Positions 1-11,132 of a stretch of DNA of 64,000 nt are shown here, one piece after another. Position numbers and translations under genes: made by a program. The notes below the pieces were generated by a model, which worked only from the letters and a program-made list of their open reading frames with translations, did not search any database and had not been told where the DNA came from. Every line of letters starts with the position of its first letter. Within the stretch, counting starts at the first letter, position 1. This stretch comes from an uncultured Actinomycetes bacterium (lineage in GTDB: Bacteria; Actinomycetota; Thermoleophilia; Gaiellales; Gaiellaceae), in NCBI GenBank assembly GCA_963703095.1, contig OY969787.1, positions 2,625,510 to 2,689,509 on the forward strand, read 5' to 3'.

Positions 1-624
1 CTCGGCGACGGGGTCGAGGAGGATGTTCGCGACGGCGACGTCGGCCGCCGGAAGCGGGTCGACGAGCCCGTCGACCACCGACGCGCGCAGGTCGACGCCG
101 TTCGCCGCCGCGTTCGCGACCGTCGCCTCGACCGCCACCGGGTCGAGATCGACCGCGACGAGCGGCCCGAAGCCGAGGCGCCCGCCGGCGATCGCCAGCA
201 CGCCCGAGCCGCAGCCCACGTCGAGGAGCGATCCTCGCTCCAGTCCGGCGAGCAGCTCGACGCAGATCCGGGTCGTCGGGTGCGCACCGGTGCCGAACGC
301 GCGGCCGGGGTCGATCACGACCGCCGGGCGCCCCGCCTCGGGCTCGAGCCACGGTGGGCCGATCCAGAGCCCGCCCGCCACGACCGGACGGTGCCACTCC
401 CTCCAGCCGTCCTCCCAGCCCGGCTGCACCGAGGTGGAGCGCGCGGCCGGGAAGGCCCGGCGGATCGCGGCCTCGCACTCGCGGTCGACGTACGCGACCA
501 GCGTCCTGCCCGCCGGGTGGTCGATCAGCTCGAGCCCGCCGGGCACGAGCTCCAGCAGGAGCGCGCCGGCGAGCTCCGCATCGACGGCGTCGGCCCCGAC
601 GTCGACCTCGACCCGCCTCAGCAC
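1..624 (-). CDS. prmA: ribosomal protein L11 methyltransferase PrmA (3' end outside window)
   Basis: The minus-strand frame is open to the window edge. A GTG at 624 overlaps the upstream stop. The translation VLRRVEVDV...GRAFGTGAHPTTRICVELL...LLDVGCGSGVLAIAG carries SAM-methyltransferase motif I in a PrmA-like context, after dnaJ. Confidence 0.85.
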   Translation of the reverse strand, partial: MLRRVEVDVGADAVDAELAGALLLELVPGGLELIDHPAGRTLVAYVDRECEAAIRRAFPAARSTSVQPGWEDGWREWHRPVVAGGLWIGPPWLEPEAGRPAVVIDPGRAFGTGAHPTTRICVELLAGLERGSLLDVGCGSGVLAIAGGRLGFGPLVAVDLDPVAVEATVANAAANGVDLRASVVDGLVDPLPAADVAVANILLDPVAE

Positions 625-1166
625 GGCCGGCCCGCGAGCGGGAACGAGGCCGCGCGCTCCCACGTGCCGTCGGCCTGCTCGAGCATCAGCCAGACGGCGT
701 CGGCGCGACAGGCGAGGGGCAGCTGTGCCGCGAGACTGCGGCGGAGCTCCTCGACGAGCCCCTCGAGGCGCTCACGGTCGGGCTCGGTGGCGATCGTGAC
801 GTGGGGCGCCGGGTCGAGCGACGGGTCGCCGTAGAGGGGTCGCTCCGGGAACGCTCCCCGCACGCGGTCGATGAGCGCGACGAGCGGTGCAGCAGGCTCG
901 GGAGCCAGGAAGGCAGTCCCCGGCCACGACTCGACCGAGGCGAGGACGAACTCGATCGGCGCGACGGACGCGAGCAGGACGCGGAGCCTCTCGAGCAGGG
1001 CCTCGTCGATCTCACGCCCGGGCACGAAGGGGAACAGCACGGTGAGGTGCGTCGGCATCCGTCGGGCGACGGTGTCGCGATCGTGGAGCGCGCGCCACGG
1101 CTCCACGATCGGATCTGCGCGGGGCACCGGCACGACGAGTGCCGTCCGTCCGCGCGAGCGCGTCAC
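618..1166 (-). CDS. 2H phosphoesterase / LigT-like (2'-5' RNA ligase family) protein
   Basis: This 182-aa ORF has two H-x-T motifs (HLTVLFPF and HVTIA). Its GTG start forms a GTGA overlap with the dnaJ stop. Confidence 0.7.
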   Translation of the reverse strand: MTRSRGRTALVVPVPRADPIVEPWRALHDRDTVARRMPTHLTVLFPFVPGREIDEALLERLRVLLASVAPIEFVLASVESWPGTAFLAPEPAAPLVALIDRVRGAFPERPLYGDPSLDPAPHVTIATEPDRERLEGLVEELRRSLAAQLPLACRADAVWLMLEQADGTWERAASFPLAGRPC

Positions 1167-2299
1167 CGGAAGGCGCTCTTGAGGCGGGAGAAGAGACCCT
1201 CGTGCTCGGGCGCCGCGTGGTAGGGCGCCTCGCCGAGCGCCTCCTCGAGGTGCAGCACCGCCACGCGCTGCTCCGGCTCCAGCCGGGTCGGGATCCGGAC
1301 GTCCGCGTGGACGACGAGGTCGCCGCGCCGGCCGGTCTCCAGCGAGGGCATGCCCCGTCCGCGGATCCGGTGAACCGACCCGGGTTGCGTGCCGGCGGGC
1401 AGCTCGACGGCGAGCGGCCCCTCCGGGGTGGCGACCTCCACCGTCGCCCCGAGCGCGGCCTGGGTCATCGTCAGCTCACCGACGACGAGCAGATCGTCGC
1501 CGTGCCGCTCGACGCCCGCGAGCTCGGCGACCCGCACCTGCACGTACGCGTCGCCCGCGGGCCCGCCGGCGGCGCCGACGTGTCCCGCTCCGCGCAAGCG
1601 GATCCGCTGTCCGTCGTGGATCCCCGCGGGGACGTCGACCTCCAGCAGGTCGTCGACGAGGAGCTGCCCGACCCCGCCGCACTCCGCACAGGGCGTCTCC
1701 ACGATCCGGCCCGCACCCTCGCAGCGAGGGCAGGTGCCGGATCGCACGACCTGTCCGAAGAAGCTCTGCGCCACCTGCTGCACACGTCCCGCGCCCGAGC
1801 AGGTGGGACACGTGACGACCGGTGTGCCCGGCTCGGCACCGCTGCCCTCGCACGCGGTGCAGCTCCGGGCGACGCGCACCGGGGCGCTCACATGCTTGCC
1901 GGTGACGGCCTCGACGAGGGTCAGCTCGACCACCGTCGCGACGTCACCGCCGCGGCGGACGCCCCCGGCGCGCGCTCCGGCGCCTCCACCGAAGAAGCCC
2001 TCCCCGAAGAAGGCCGCGAAGACGTCCGACAGGTCGCCGAGATCGAACTCCGTGGGCCTGAACCCCCCGCCGCGCAGGCCGGCATGCCCGAATCGGTCGT
2101 ACGTCGCGCGTCGCTCGCGATCGGACAGCACCTCGTATGCCTCCGCGATCTCCTTGAATCGCTCGTGGGCATCGGGCTCGGTCGAGACGTCGGGATGCAG
2201 CTCGCGGGCGAGTCGGCGGAAGGCCCGCTTGATGTCCTCGTCGCTCGCGTCGCGCGCGACGCCGAGCAGCTCGTAGTAGTCGCGCTCCGCGGTCGCCAT
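1163..2299 (-). CDS. dnaJ: molecular chaperone DnaJ
   Basis: It has a J-domain (DYYELLGV...HPD), a G/F-rich linker and four CxxCxGxG zinc-finger repeats. I chose the ATG at 2299 (MATAERDYY) as the start, not the longer ORF-track start at 2653. Confidence 0.95.
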   Translation of the reverse strand: MATAERDYYELLGVARDASDEDIKRAFRRLARELHPDVSTEPDAHERFKEIAEAYEVLSDRERRATYDRFGHAGLRGGGFRPTEFDLGDLSDVFAAFFGEGFFGGGAGARAGGVRRGGDVATVVELTLVEAVTGKHVSAPVRVARSCTACEGSGAEPGTPVVTCPTCSGAGRVQQVAQSFFGQVVRSGTCPRCEGAGRIVETPCAECGGVGQLLVDDLLEVDVPAGIHDGQRIRLRGAGHVGAAGGPAGDAYVQVRVAELAGVERHGDDLLVVGELTMTQAALGATVEVATPEGPLAVELPAGTQPGSVHRIRGRGMPSLETGRRGDLVVHADVRIPTRLEPEQRVAVLHLEEALGEAPYHAAPEHEGLFSRLKSAFR

Positions 2300-2364
2300 C
2301 TCCGCGCCAAGGGTAGCCCGGCCCGCGGCGGACGAGGCCGCGGACGGAATCCGGGCGGCCGTGC

Positions 2365-3390
2365 TCAGGTGTCCTCGTAGACCTCGGTGACGAGGCGCGA
2401 GAGCTCGAACGCCGCGGCGCGCACGGAGGAGATCGCCTTCTCGTAGTCCATGCGGAGCGGGCCGAGGAGGGCGACGGCGCCGAGCGAGCGGTTCGGCAGG
2501 CCGTAGGTGGAGCCGACGACGGACACGTGCCGCAGCTCGGCTCCGTCGAGCTCCGGCCCGACGCGGACGACGGTGCGCAGCGGGTCGAGCGCGTCCGAGA
2601 GGAGGGCGAGCACGGCCGCCCGGCGCTCGAGCGCGTCGAGCAGGCGCTGGCACGTCTCGAGCTCTGCGCCCCGCGCGTCCCCGAGCAGTCCGGCCGCTCC
2701 ACCCACGTAGAGCTGGGCGTCCTGCTGGAGGACGTCGGCGAACGCCGGGCGGATGGCGTCGAGGAATCGACGCTCAGTGGCGGACAGGGCCGGGTCCTCG
2801 AGCCTCCGGCGCAGCGCGCTCGCGCCGAGCCTGAGACCGGCCGCGGTCTCGTTCAGGTAGGCGCGGGCCCAGTCGATCAGACCCGCGTCGACAGGATCCT
2901 CGAACTCGAAGACGCGCTTGGAGACGTCGCCGGAGGCGGTGATGACCACGACGATCACGGCGCGCGGCTGCAGCTGGAGCACCTCGACGTGGCGCACGGC
3001 GGCCGCCTCGATCGGCGGCGCCGACACGAGCGCGAGCAGGTGCGTCGCGTCGGAGAGGGCCTCGGTGGTGCGTCGGAGCGCCTCCTCGAGCTCGTTGCGC
3101 ATCGCCGTCAGGTCGACGGGGAACGGGGCGGGACGACCCTCGACCCGTCCCACGAGCTCCTCGGTGTAGATCCGATAGCCGCCGTCCGTGGGAACGCGCC
3201 CCGCCGAGGTGTGCGGATGGGTGAGGAGGCCGAGGGACTCGAGCTCCGCGAGCTCGTTGCGGACCGTCGACGACGAGACGTCGGCCTCGAGACGCTCGAC
3301 GAGGGACTTCGAGCCGACCGGCCGGCCGGTGGAGACGTACTCCTCCACGACCCTGCGCAGGATCTCGCGCTTGCGTGGGGTCAGCTCCAT
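2365..3390 (-). CDS. hrcA: heat-inducible transcription repressor HrcA
   Basis: The N-terminus [30 protein letters not shown] and the full-length pattern match HrcA. It lies directly upstream of dnaJ. Start taken at ATG 3390. Confidence 0.95.
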   Translation of the reverse strand: MELTPRKREILRRVVEEYVSTGRPVGSKSLVERLEADVSSSTVRNELAELESLGLLTHPHTSAGRVPTDGGYRIYTEELVGRVEGRPAPFPVDLTAMRNELEEALRRTTEALSDATHLLALVSAPPIEAAAVRHVEVLQLQPRAVIVVVITASGDVSKRVFEFEDPVDAGLIDWARAYLNETAAGLRLGASALRRRLEDPALSATERRFLDAIRPAFADVLQQDAQLYVGGAAGLLGDARGAELETCQRLLDALERRAAVLALLSDALDPLRTVVRVGPELDGAELRHVSVVGSTYGLPNRSLGAVALLGPLRMDYEKAISSVRAAAFELSRLVTEVYEDT

Positions 3391-3488
3391 CCCTGAATCG
3401 TACGGACGCCGCGCAAGGACGGCGGCCCGGGAGACCCTTACCCGAGACGTCCGATCGGGCGGTGCCCGCCCCTCGTGCGACGCCACGG

Positions 3489-3650
3489 GTGCAGGTCGAC
3501 TCGCTCGTGATCCGCTGCGTCCGTCTCGACGCGATGGCCGCCCTCTGGACGCAGGCGCTCGGCTACGTGCCCCGCGAGCAGCCGGAGGACGACCGATCCC
3601 GAGGGCTACCGGTTCTGCGCGGTCGACAAGGAGCGCATCACGCCAGCAGC
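3489..3650 (+). pseudogene. remnant of a VOC/glyoxalase-family gene (internal deletion plus frame change)
   Basis: The plus-strand reading VQVDSLVIRCVRLDAMAALWTQALGYVPREQPEDD is a typical VOC N-terminus. It is followed almost at once, in another frame, by DPEGYRFCAVDKE, a typical VOC C-terminus. The roughly 70 residues normally between them are missing. Confidence 0.35.
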
Positions 3651-4738
3651 TCCGCGGTCAGACCGCCCCCGAGCAGGCGCGCGTGCGGTGCGAGCCTGAT
3701 CCCTGCGCCCGAGAGCTCGACGAGGTCGCGTGCCACGAGGCGCTCCAGCGCCTCGGCGTCGACGACGTCCTCGATCCCGTCGAGCGGCAGCGGCTCGTCG
3801 AGGCGGAGGCCGAGCATCAGGCGCTCGACCGCGCGCGTCCGCTCGTCGAGCGGCTCGACCTCCCGGTGCGGATCGTCGCCGGCCGAGAGCGCGGCGACGT
3901 AGCGCCGCACCGACGGCGCGTTCCGCCGTCGCACGCCGTCGACGGTCGATACCGCCCCGACCCCGATGCCGAGGTAGTCGGCTCCCTGCCAGATGCGCAG
4001 GTTGTGCAGCGCGCGGAGCTCCTGCCCGTCGCCTCGGCAGAAGTTCGCCGTCTCGTACCAGCGCATCCCGGCCGCCGTGAGCGTCGCGACGACGCTCGAG
4101 GCGTAGCCCTCCATCGCCTCCGCCCGCCGGAGCAGCTCGGCCCCCCACGCGCGTGTGAAGCGCGTGCCCGGCTTCGCCTCGAGCTCGTAGGCGGAGACGT
4201 GCTCCGGCTCGAGCTCGAGCGCGGCGTCGAGGTCGGCTACGAGGTCGTCCTCCGATTGACCCGGGATGCCGTAGACGAGGTCGAGCGAGAGGTTGTCGAA
4301 CCCCGCCGCACGCAGCATCGCGAACGCATCCCGCACCTGCGCGGGAGTCGTCCGGCGCTCGAGGACGTCGAGGAGGTGCGGCTGGAACGACTGGGCACCG
4401 AGCGACATCCGCGTGACGCCCCCGTCCCGCAGGAGCGTCGCGAGCTCGGGCGTGACCGTCTCGGGGTTCGCCTCGACGGTGACCTCGTCGGCGGCGGGAA
4501 GCCCGGCGAGCACGCGGGCGAGCGCCGTCGGCTCGGTGAACGTCGGCGTGCCGCCGCCAAGGTAGACGGTCTCGGGGCGATCCGCCAGCAGCTCGCGTTC
4601 GCGCTCGAGCTCGGAGAGGAGCGCGTCCGCGTAGTGGGCGTGCTGGTCGACGCGGCCGACGGAGGTGACGAAGTCGCAGTACCCGCAGCGGTGCACGCAG
4701 AACGGCAGGTGCACGTAGAGGTGCCGGGCGCCGCTCAT
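3638..4738 (-). CDS. hemW: radical SAM haem chaperone HemW (HemN-like, oxygen-independent coproporphyrinogen oxidase family)
   Basis: It carries the radical-SAM motif HLPFCVHRCGYCDF and a HemN-type C-terminal domain. The ATG at 4738 forms an ATGA overlap with the upstream gene's stop. It follows lepA, as in many bacteria. Confidence 0.9.
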   Translation of the reverse strand: MSGARHLYVHLPFCVHRCGYCDFVTSVGRVDQHAHYADALLSELERERELLADRPETVYLGGGTPTFTEPTALARVLAGLPAADEVTVEANPETVTPELATLLRDGGVTRMSLGAQSFQPHLLDVLERRTTPAQVRDAFAMLRAAGFDNLSLDLVYGIPGQSEDDLVADLDAALELEPEHVSAYELEAKPGTRFTRAWGAELLRRAEAMEGYASSVVATLTAAGMRWYETANFCRGDGQELRALHNLRIWQGADYLGIGVGAVSTVDGVRRRNAPSVRRYVAALSAGDDPHREVEPLDERTRAVERLMLGLRLDEPLPLDGIEDVVDAEALERLVARDLVELSGAGIRLAPHARLLGGGLTAELLA

Positions 4739-5079
4739 TCGGCGCGCTGCGCGAGGAAGGGCGTGGCGAGCCGCTTCGGCGCCTTCAGCACCCACGCGTC
4801 CTCGACGAGCTCCTGCACGAGGCGGGGGTCGGCCTGCGGCAGCGCGACGAGCACCATCGGCCAGGCCTCGTAGTGCGGCGTGACGAAGAGCATGCCGGGG
4901 TGCGCGTCGATCAGCAGTGGTCGCTCCTCGAGATCGCAGCGTATCGCGAGCGTCTCGCCGTCCTCCCGCAGCCGTCCCATGAACGCCCCTCGAACCCGGA
5001 GTGCGGGCGTTCCGTACGCCGTTCCGATCTCGACCGCCGGCAGCTCGAGCGCGATCCGGACGACGTCGTCCCAGGTCAT
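4735..5079 (-). CDS. MmcQ/YjbR family small DNA-binding protein
   Basis: This 114-aa ORF ([37 protein letters not shown]...) resembles the YjbR/MmcQ family. It is tightly packed between lepA and hemW. Confidence 0.7.
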   Translation of the reverse strand: MTWDDVVRIALELPAVEIGTAYGTPALRVRGAFMGRLREDGETLAIRCDLEERPLLIDAHPGMLFVTPHYEAWPMVLVALPQADPRLVQELVEDAWVLKAPKRLATPFLAQRAE

Positions 5080-5086
5080 CGGCGGA

Positions 5087-6878
<1,792 letters not shown>

Positions 6879-7304
6879 GGCGAGTCGCGGAGGATCGTAG
6901 CCGTGGCGCGGTTTTCCCTGGATCTGGGCGTTTCGGGGTCGGGTGCGTTCCGGCTGCTGGCGCTGTACGGGCCGCGGCCTCGTGTCCGCGCGACGTCCCG
7001 GTGAGGGCTCGCGTGGGCGCGGTGCCGGGCGCGCCCGCAGAACCGGCGGGACGGCACCTCGGCGCGCGATCCTCGCGGGGTGGGTCGTGGCGACCCGCCA
7101 CGGGAGCCGCAGGCGCCGATGCGACCGGCCCGTGGGCGATCCCGGCGCCGTGGAGATCGGCACGGGTGAGTGCCCACCATCAGGCTTCGGCCCCCCGGAG
7201 GCGGCTGACGGTGTCGATGCAGTCGAGCGCCTGCGTGGCGAGAGAGCTTCGGGTGTGGGCAGGCTCCGTCCTGGGTAGATTGCGTCGAGGAGGTGATTTC
7301 TCTC

Positions 7305-7787
7305 ATGACGGACCGTCCCGTGGTGCTCTGCGTCGACGGATCGCGTGGCTCGCTCGAGGCGATCGGTGCGGCGGCCTCGCTTCTGGCGGGGCGCCGAGCG
7401 ATCGTCCTCAACGTGGTCGAGTCGCTCTCGCCGGCTGTGTTCATGGGGGCGGAGGGTGATGCGACAGCACCACCGTCCGGCGATGTCGCCCTGCACGTGC
7501 CGTCGGTCGAGGCGGCGAAGCGCCTTGTCCAGGTTGCCGTCGAGGCGGCGCAGCTCGCCGGCTTCGACGCGTTGCCGATCGTCGATGTCACGCCTGGGCG
7601 GACGTCGCGTCGAATCGTCGAGATCGCCGAGGAGCATGACGCGGAGGTGATCGTGGTGGGGGCGCGCGGGCGCTCATCGCTCGCGTCGATCCTGCTCGGG
7701 AGCGTGTCGCACGAGGTCGTGCAGCATGCCGGTCGTCCCGTGCTCGTGGTGCATGGCAGCGGCGCACGGACAGCGGGTGGGGCGTGA
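7305..7787 (+). CDS. universal stress protein (UspA family)
   Basis: The sequence shows PVVLCVDGS...[46 protein letters not shown], a USP ATP-binding type motif. GGAGG lies upstream. An alternative GTG start is at 7293. Confidence 0.85.
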   Translation: MTDRPVVLCVDGSRGSLEAIGAAASLLAGRRAIVLNVVESLSPAVFMGAEGDATAPPSGDVALHVPSVEAAKRLVQVAVEAAQLAGFDALPIVDVTPGRTSRRIVEIAEEHDAEVIVVGARGRSSLASILLGSVSHEVVQHAGRPVLVVHGSGARTAGGA

Positions 7788-7825
7788 GGGAGGCGTAGGG
7801 GCTGCTCCGGAAGATCATCTGCGGC

Positions 7826-8566
7826 GTGGACGGCTCGCCCGAGTCGTTCGAGGCGCTGCGTCAGGCGATCACGCTCCGCCCGCCCGAGGGGGAGCTCCTC
7901 GCGATGGTGGTGGTGGATCTCGGCGTTGCCGTGCGCACGGGGTTCCAGGCGGTGCGCACCGCGCGGCGACTCGAGGACGAGGCCGCAGCCGCCCGCGAGC
8001 TCGTCGGCGAGGCGGTGCAGGGTGTGCCGTTCTCGTCGGCGAGCGTCGTGCGTGGCCGTCCTGCGCCGTCTCTGCGGGCTGCGGCGAGACGTCGTCATGC
8101 TGACGTGCTCGTTGTCGGCAGCCACGGTCTGAGCAGGCGTGTCGGGATCCTCGTCGGAAGCGTCGCGAGCGAGCTGCTCCACAAGGCTCCGTGCTCGGTT
8201 CTGCTCTCCCGCCCGACCGTCGACGGGGCCCAGTGGGCGCCGAGGGAGATCGTCGTCGGCGTCGACGGTTCGGCGTGCTCGCTCGAGGCTCTGTCCGTTG
8301 CGCGCTCGATCGCCGCGCGATTCGACGAGGCTCGGGTCGAGGCGCGTCTGTGCGCTGGGGCGCGGTCGCCGGAGGTCTCGGATCTCGACGGTGCGACGGT
8401 CATGAGGGATGAGCGAGCGCCGGTCGACGCCCTGGTGGCGGCGTCCGAGACAGCCGACCTGCTGGTCGTGGGAAGCCGGGGGCTGCAGGGCCTGGCTGCG
8501 CTGGGGAGCGTCAGCGAGCGCGTGGCGCACCGCGCGACGTGCTCGGTGCTCGTCGTCCGCGGGTGA
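7826..8566 (+). CDS. tandem-domain universal stress protein
   Basis: There are two USP repeats (..VLVVGSHGLSRRVGILVGSVASELLHKAPCSVLL.. and ..LLVVGSRGLQGLAALGSVSERVAHRATCSVLVV). The conserved KIICGVDGS begins before the GTG at 7826, so the true start may be the CTG at 7802. Confidence 0.8.
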   Translation: MDGSPESFEALRQAITLRPPEGELLAMVVVDLGVAVRTGFQAVRTARRLEDEAAAARELVGEAVQGVPFSSASVVRGRPAPSLRAAARRRHADVLVVGSHGLSRRVGILVGSVASELLHKAPCSVLLSRPTVDGAQWAPREIVVGVDGSACSLEALSVARSIAARFDEARVEARLCAGARSPEVSDLDGATVMRDERAPVDALVAASETADLLVVGSRGLQGLAALGSVSERVAHRATCSVLVVRG

Positions 8567-8612
8567 GCGTGGTCCCGACCTCGAGGCGGGGACGGGCGGG
8601 CCAGCTGCGGGG

Positions 8613-9116
8613 CTAGGTCTGGTACGCGCTCGGATCGTCGGCTGTGTCGGCGATGAGCGAGAGGAAGCTCCGGCCTGTGACGATGCCGATGAGCCGGTCG
8701 CCGCGGAGCACCGGCAGATGACGGATCCCCTCGCGCAGCATCAAGCGGGCCGCTTCCATGGGTGTGGACTCCTCGTCCACCGTGATGCAGGGCGCGCTCA
8801 TGATGTCGCGCACCGGGAGCGCGCGGGCACGGGCGTACGCCTGCTCGAAGGCGGAATCGGTCAGCACCGCTTCGCCAAGCACGACAGGCAGTCGGAAACG
8901 GGCCAGGCCGATGCCGGGGATCCCTTCGAGCTGCAGATCGAAGTCGCTCTCGGTGATCATGCCGACCGGGGTCTCGGAGGCTTCAGAAGCGACGACGACG
9001 AGAGAGCCGATCTGCCGCTGAAGCATCAGGGCGGCCGCATCCTCGAGACGCATCTCCTCCGTCACCGTCACGACCGGTGCGGTCATCAGGTCGCCGATGC
9101 GCAGGTCGGCAGGCAC
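8613..9116 (-). CDS. CBS domain pair protein
   Basis: This 167-aa ORF has two CBS-like repeats (IGDLMTAPVVTV...GSLVVV and VRDIMSAPCITV...RHLPVL). Confidence 0.85.
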   Translation of the reverse strand: MPADLRIGDLMTAPVVTVTEEMRLEDAAALMLQRQIGSLVVVASEASETPVGMITESDFDLQLEGIPGIGLARFRLPVVLGEAVLTDSAFEQAYARARALPVRDIMSAPCITVDEESTPMEAARLMLREGIRHLPVLRGDRLIGIVTGRSFLSLIADTADDPSAYQT

Positions 9117-9383
9117 TCTCCCATCCTAGGGTCTCGACGGGCCCGACCGTGACCGCTCGCCGACCGTTGTCGGACTGACCCCACGGCCTGCCCGCGGGAA
9201 GCGTCAGCGGTCCCTGGCTATCGACGCGTCTTGGCCCGGCACTGGGACTCAGGCTCGTGTCGGGCCAGAGCGACGCGGTGGCGCGCCCGGGCGTCGCCGG
9301 CCGAGGCCGGGTAGCGTTCCTCGCTTGGCAGGGCTGGCGAGACGGAGGGCTGAGATCGAGCGTCCGGCGCTCGCCGCAGCGGC

Positions 9384-11090
9384 GTGGTGCATTCGGTGGC
9401 GGTCGCGCCCGTGGTGACGTCGGACGAGATCGGCCTGATCAGGGTGTTCGCCGACCTCGAGCGGGCCGATCGCGAGCGGCTCTGTCGCGTCGCGGCCGAC
9501 ATCAGCCTCGCTCCGGGGGAGTTCGTCGTGCACGAGGGAGACCAGCCGGCGCTCTTCGGCCTGCTCGAAGGCCGGGTCGAGCCGGTCGGGCTCGTCGACG
9601 GCGTGCGACGCGTGTACGGCGAGCGGCTGCCCGGCGACGTCTTCGGCGAGATCTCGATCGCGCTCGGGATGCCCCATCGTGCCGGGTTCCGGGCGACCGA
9701 GCCGTCGCGGGTCTTCCGGATCGAGCCGCACGACTACCATGCGCTCGCCGCCGTCGCGCCCCAGGTTCGGGAGCGAGTGACGCTCCTGGCGAACAACCGG
9801 ATCGGCGGCCCGCGCGGCCTGCAGAGCATCATCGCCGAGTCGGCTCCCGATCGTGCGATCGTGCTCGGCCATCGATGGGACGCCGCCTGCGCCGAGCTGC
9901 GGCGCTTCCTCGACCGCAACCAGGTTCGGTTCAGATGGCTTCAACCCGACGTGCCGGAGGATGCCGAGCAGTGGTCGGGGGCGCTTCCGGCCGACGGCGA
10001 CTACCCCGCGCTTCGCGTCGTGGAGGGCGGCAAGACCGTCGTCCGCCCGCAGCAGCGCCGCGTGGCAGAGCTGCTCGGGATCCCGACCGAGCCGGCCGCA
10101 GCGGAGTACGACACGGTGATCGTCGGCGCGGGCCCGGCCGGACTGGCTGCCGCCGTCTACGGCGCGTCCGAAGGCCTCCGGACGATCGTCGTGGAGCGCG
10201 ACGCGCCCGGCGGCCAGGCCGGCACGTCGTCGCGGATCGAGAACTACCTCGGCTTCCCCTCGGGCGTCTCCGGCGACGAGCTCTCAAGCCGGGCGCTCCA
10301 GCAGGCGCGCAGGCTCGGCGCAGAGATCCTCGTCACGCGCTCGATCGAGCGGATCGACACCGCGACGCACCGCGTGCACCTCGACGGCGGCGACGTCCTG
10401 CAGACACGGACGATCATCCTCGCGTGCGGCGTCTCGTGGCGACGACTCGAGATCGAGGGGTTCGACCGGCTTGCCGGCAAGGGGATCTTCTACGGCGCTG
10501 CCCGAAGCGAGGCGGCGAGCACCCACGGTCTGGACGTGCAGATCATCGGTGCGGGGAACTCCGCCGGCCAGGCGGCGATGTTCTTCGCGTCCCACGCGCG
10601 GACGGTGACGATCCTCTACCGCGGCGAGACGCTGGAGAAGAGCATGTCGCGCTACCTCGTCGACCAGCTCGCGACACGATCGAACGTCCACGTCCGCTTC
10701 CGGACGGAGGTGACGGCCGCGCACGGCGACCCGTCTCTCGAGGCGATCGACGTCCGCGACGCCGCGACCGGCGAGACGACGCGGCTCGCGTCCGGGGGGC
10801 TGTTCATCTTCATCGGCGCGGACGCCGAGACGGCCTGGCTCCCACCGGAGATCGCGCTCGACCAGCGAAGGTACGTGCTCACCGGCCCCGACGCGCGCGC
10901 TACGGGGCACTGGCAGCTCGAACGCGACCCGTACCTCCTCGAGACGAGCGTCCCGGGCATCTTCGCGTGCGGCGACGTTCGCTTCAGCCCCGTGAAGCGC
11001 GTCGCGGCAGCGGTCGGTGAGGGCAGCATGGCCATCGCGTTCGTGCACCAGTACCTGAGGGAGGTCGAAGCCACCACCGCCCCTGCGTAG
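9384..11090 (+). CDS. cyclic-nucleotide-binding domain fused to thioredoxin-reductase-like FAD-dependent oxidoreductase
   Basis: The N-terminus has cNMP-binding-like features ([12 protein letters not shown]...GEFVVHEGD...[11 protein letters not shown]). This is followed by [24 protein letters not shown]...[17 protein letters not shown]...[12 protein letters not shown]...GIFACGDV. The start is uncertain because several GTGs are in frame. Confidence 0.85.
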   Translation: MVHSVAVAPVVTSDEIGLIRVFADLERADRERLCRVAADISLAPGEFVVHEGDQPALFGLLEGRVEPVGLVDGVRRVYGERLPGDVFGEISIALGMPHRAGFRATEPSRVFRIEPHDYHALAAVAPQVRERVTLLANNRIGGPRGLQSIIAESAPDRAIVLGHRWDAACAELRRFLDRNQVRFRWLQPDVPEDAEQWSGALPADGDYPALRVVEGGKTVVRPQQRRVAELLGIPTEPAAAEYDTVIVGAGPAGLAAAVYGASEGLRTIVVERDAPGGQAGTSSRIENYLGFPSGVSGDELSSRALQQARRLGAEILVTRSIERIDTATHRVHLDGGDVLQTRTIILACGVSWRRLEIEGFDRLAGKGIFYGAARSEAASTHGLDVQIIGAGNSAGQAAMFFASHARTVTILYRGETLEKSMSRYLVDQLATRSNVHVRFRTEVTAAHGDPSLEAIDVRDAATGETTRLASGGLFIFIGADAETAWLPPEIALDQRRYVLTGPDARATGHWQLERDPYLLETSVPGIFACGDVRFSPVKRVAAAVGEGSMAIAFVHQYLREVEATTAPA

Positions 11091-11132
11091 GCATCTCGCG
11101 CAGGCAGGACTCGGAGGTGGTGCGCGGAGGGC

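Noticed and set aside
3391-3488. Expected CIRCE operator (TTAGCACTC-N9-GAGTGCTAA) upstream of hrcA
   Set aside because: I read the whole hrcA upstream spacer on both strands. No sequence resembles either CIRCE half-site, so no operator is called.
6879-7292. 414-bp gap upstream of lepA / USP as a possible ncRNA or riboswitch
   Set aside because: Only short generic GC hairpins are visible. I recognised no conserved riboswitch, tRNA (no T-loop GGTTCGAATCC-like element), tmRNA, 6S or RNase P signature. Without comparative data there is nothing I can support.
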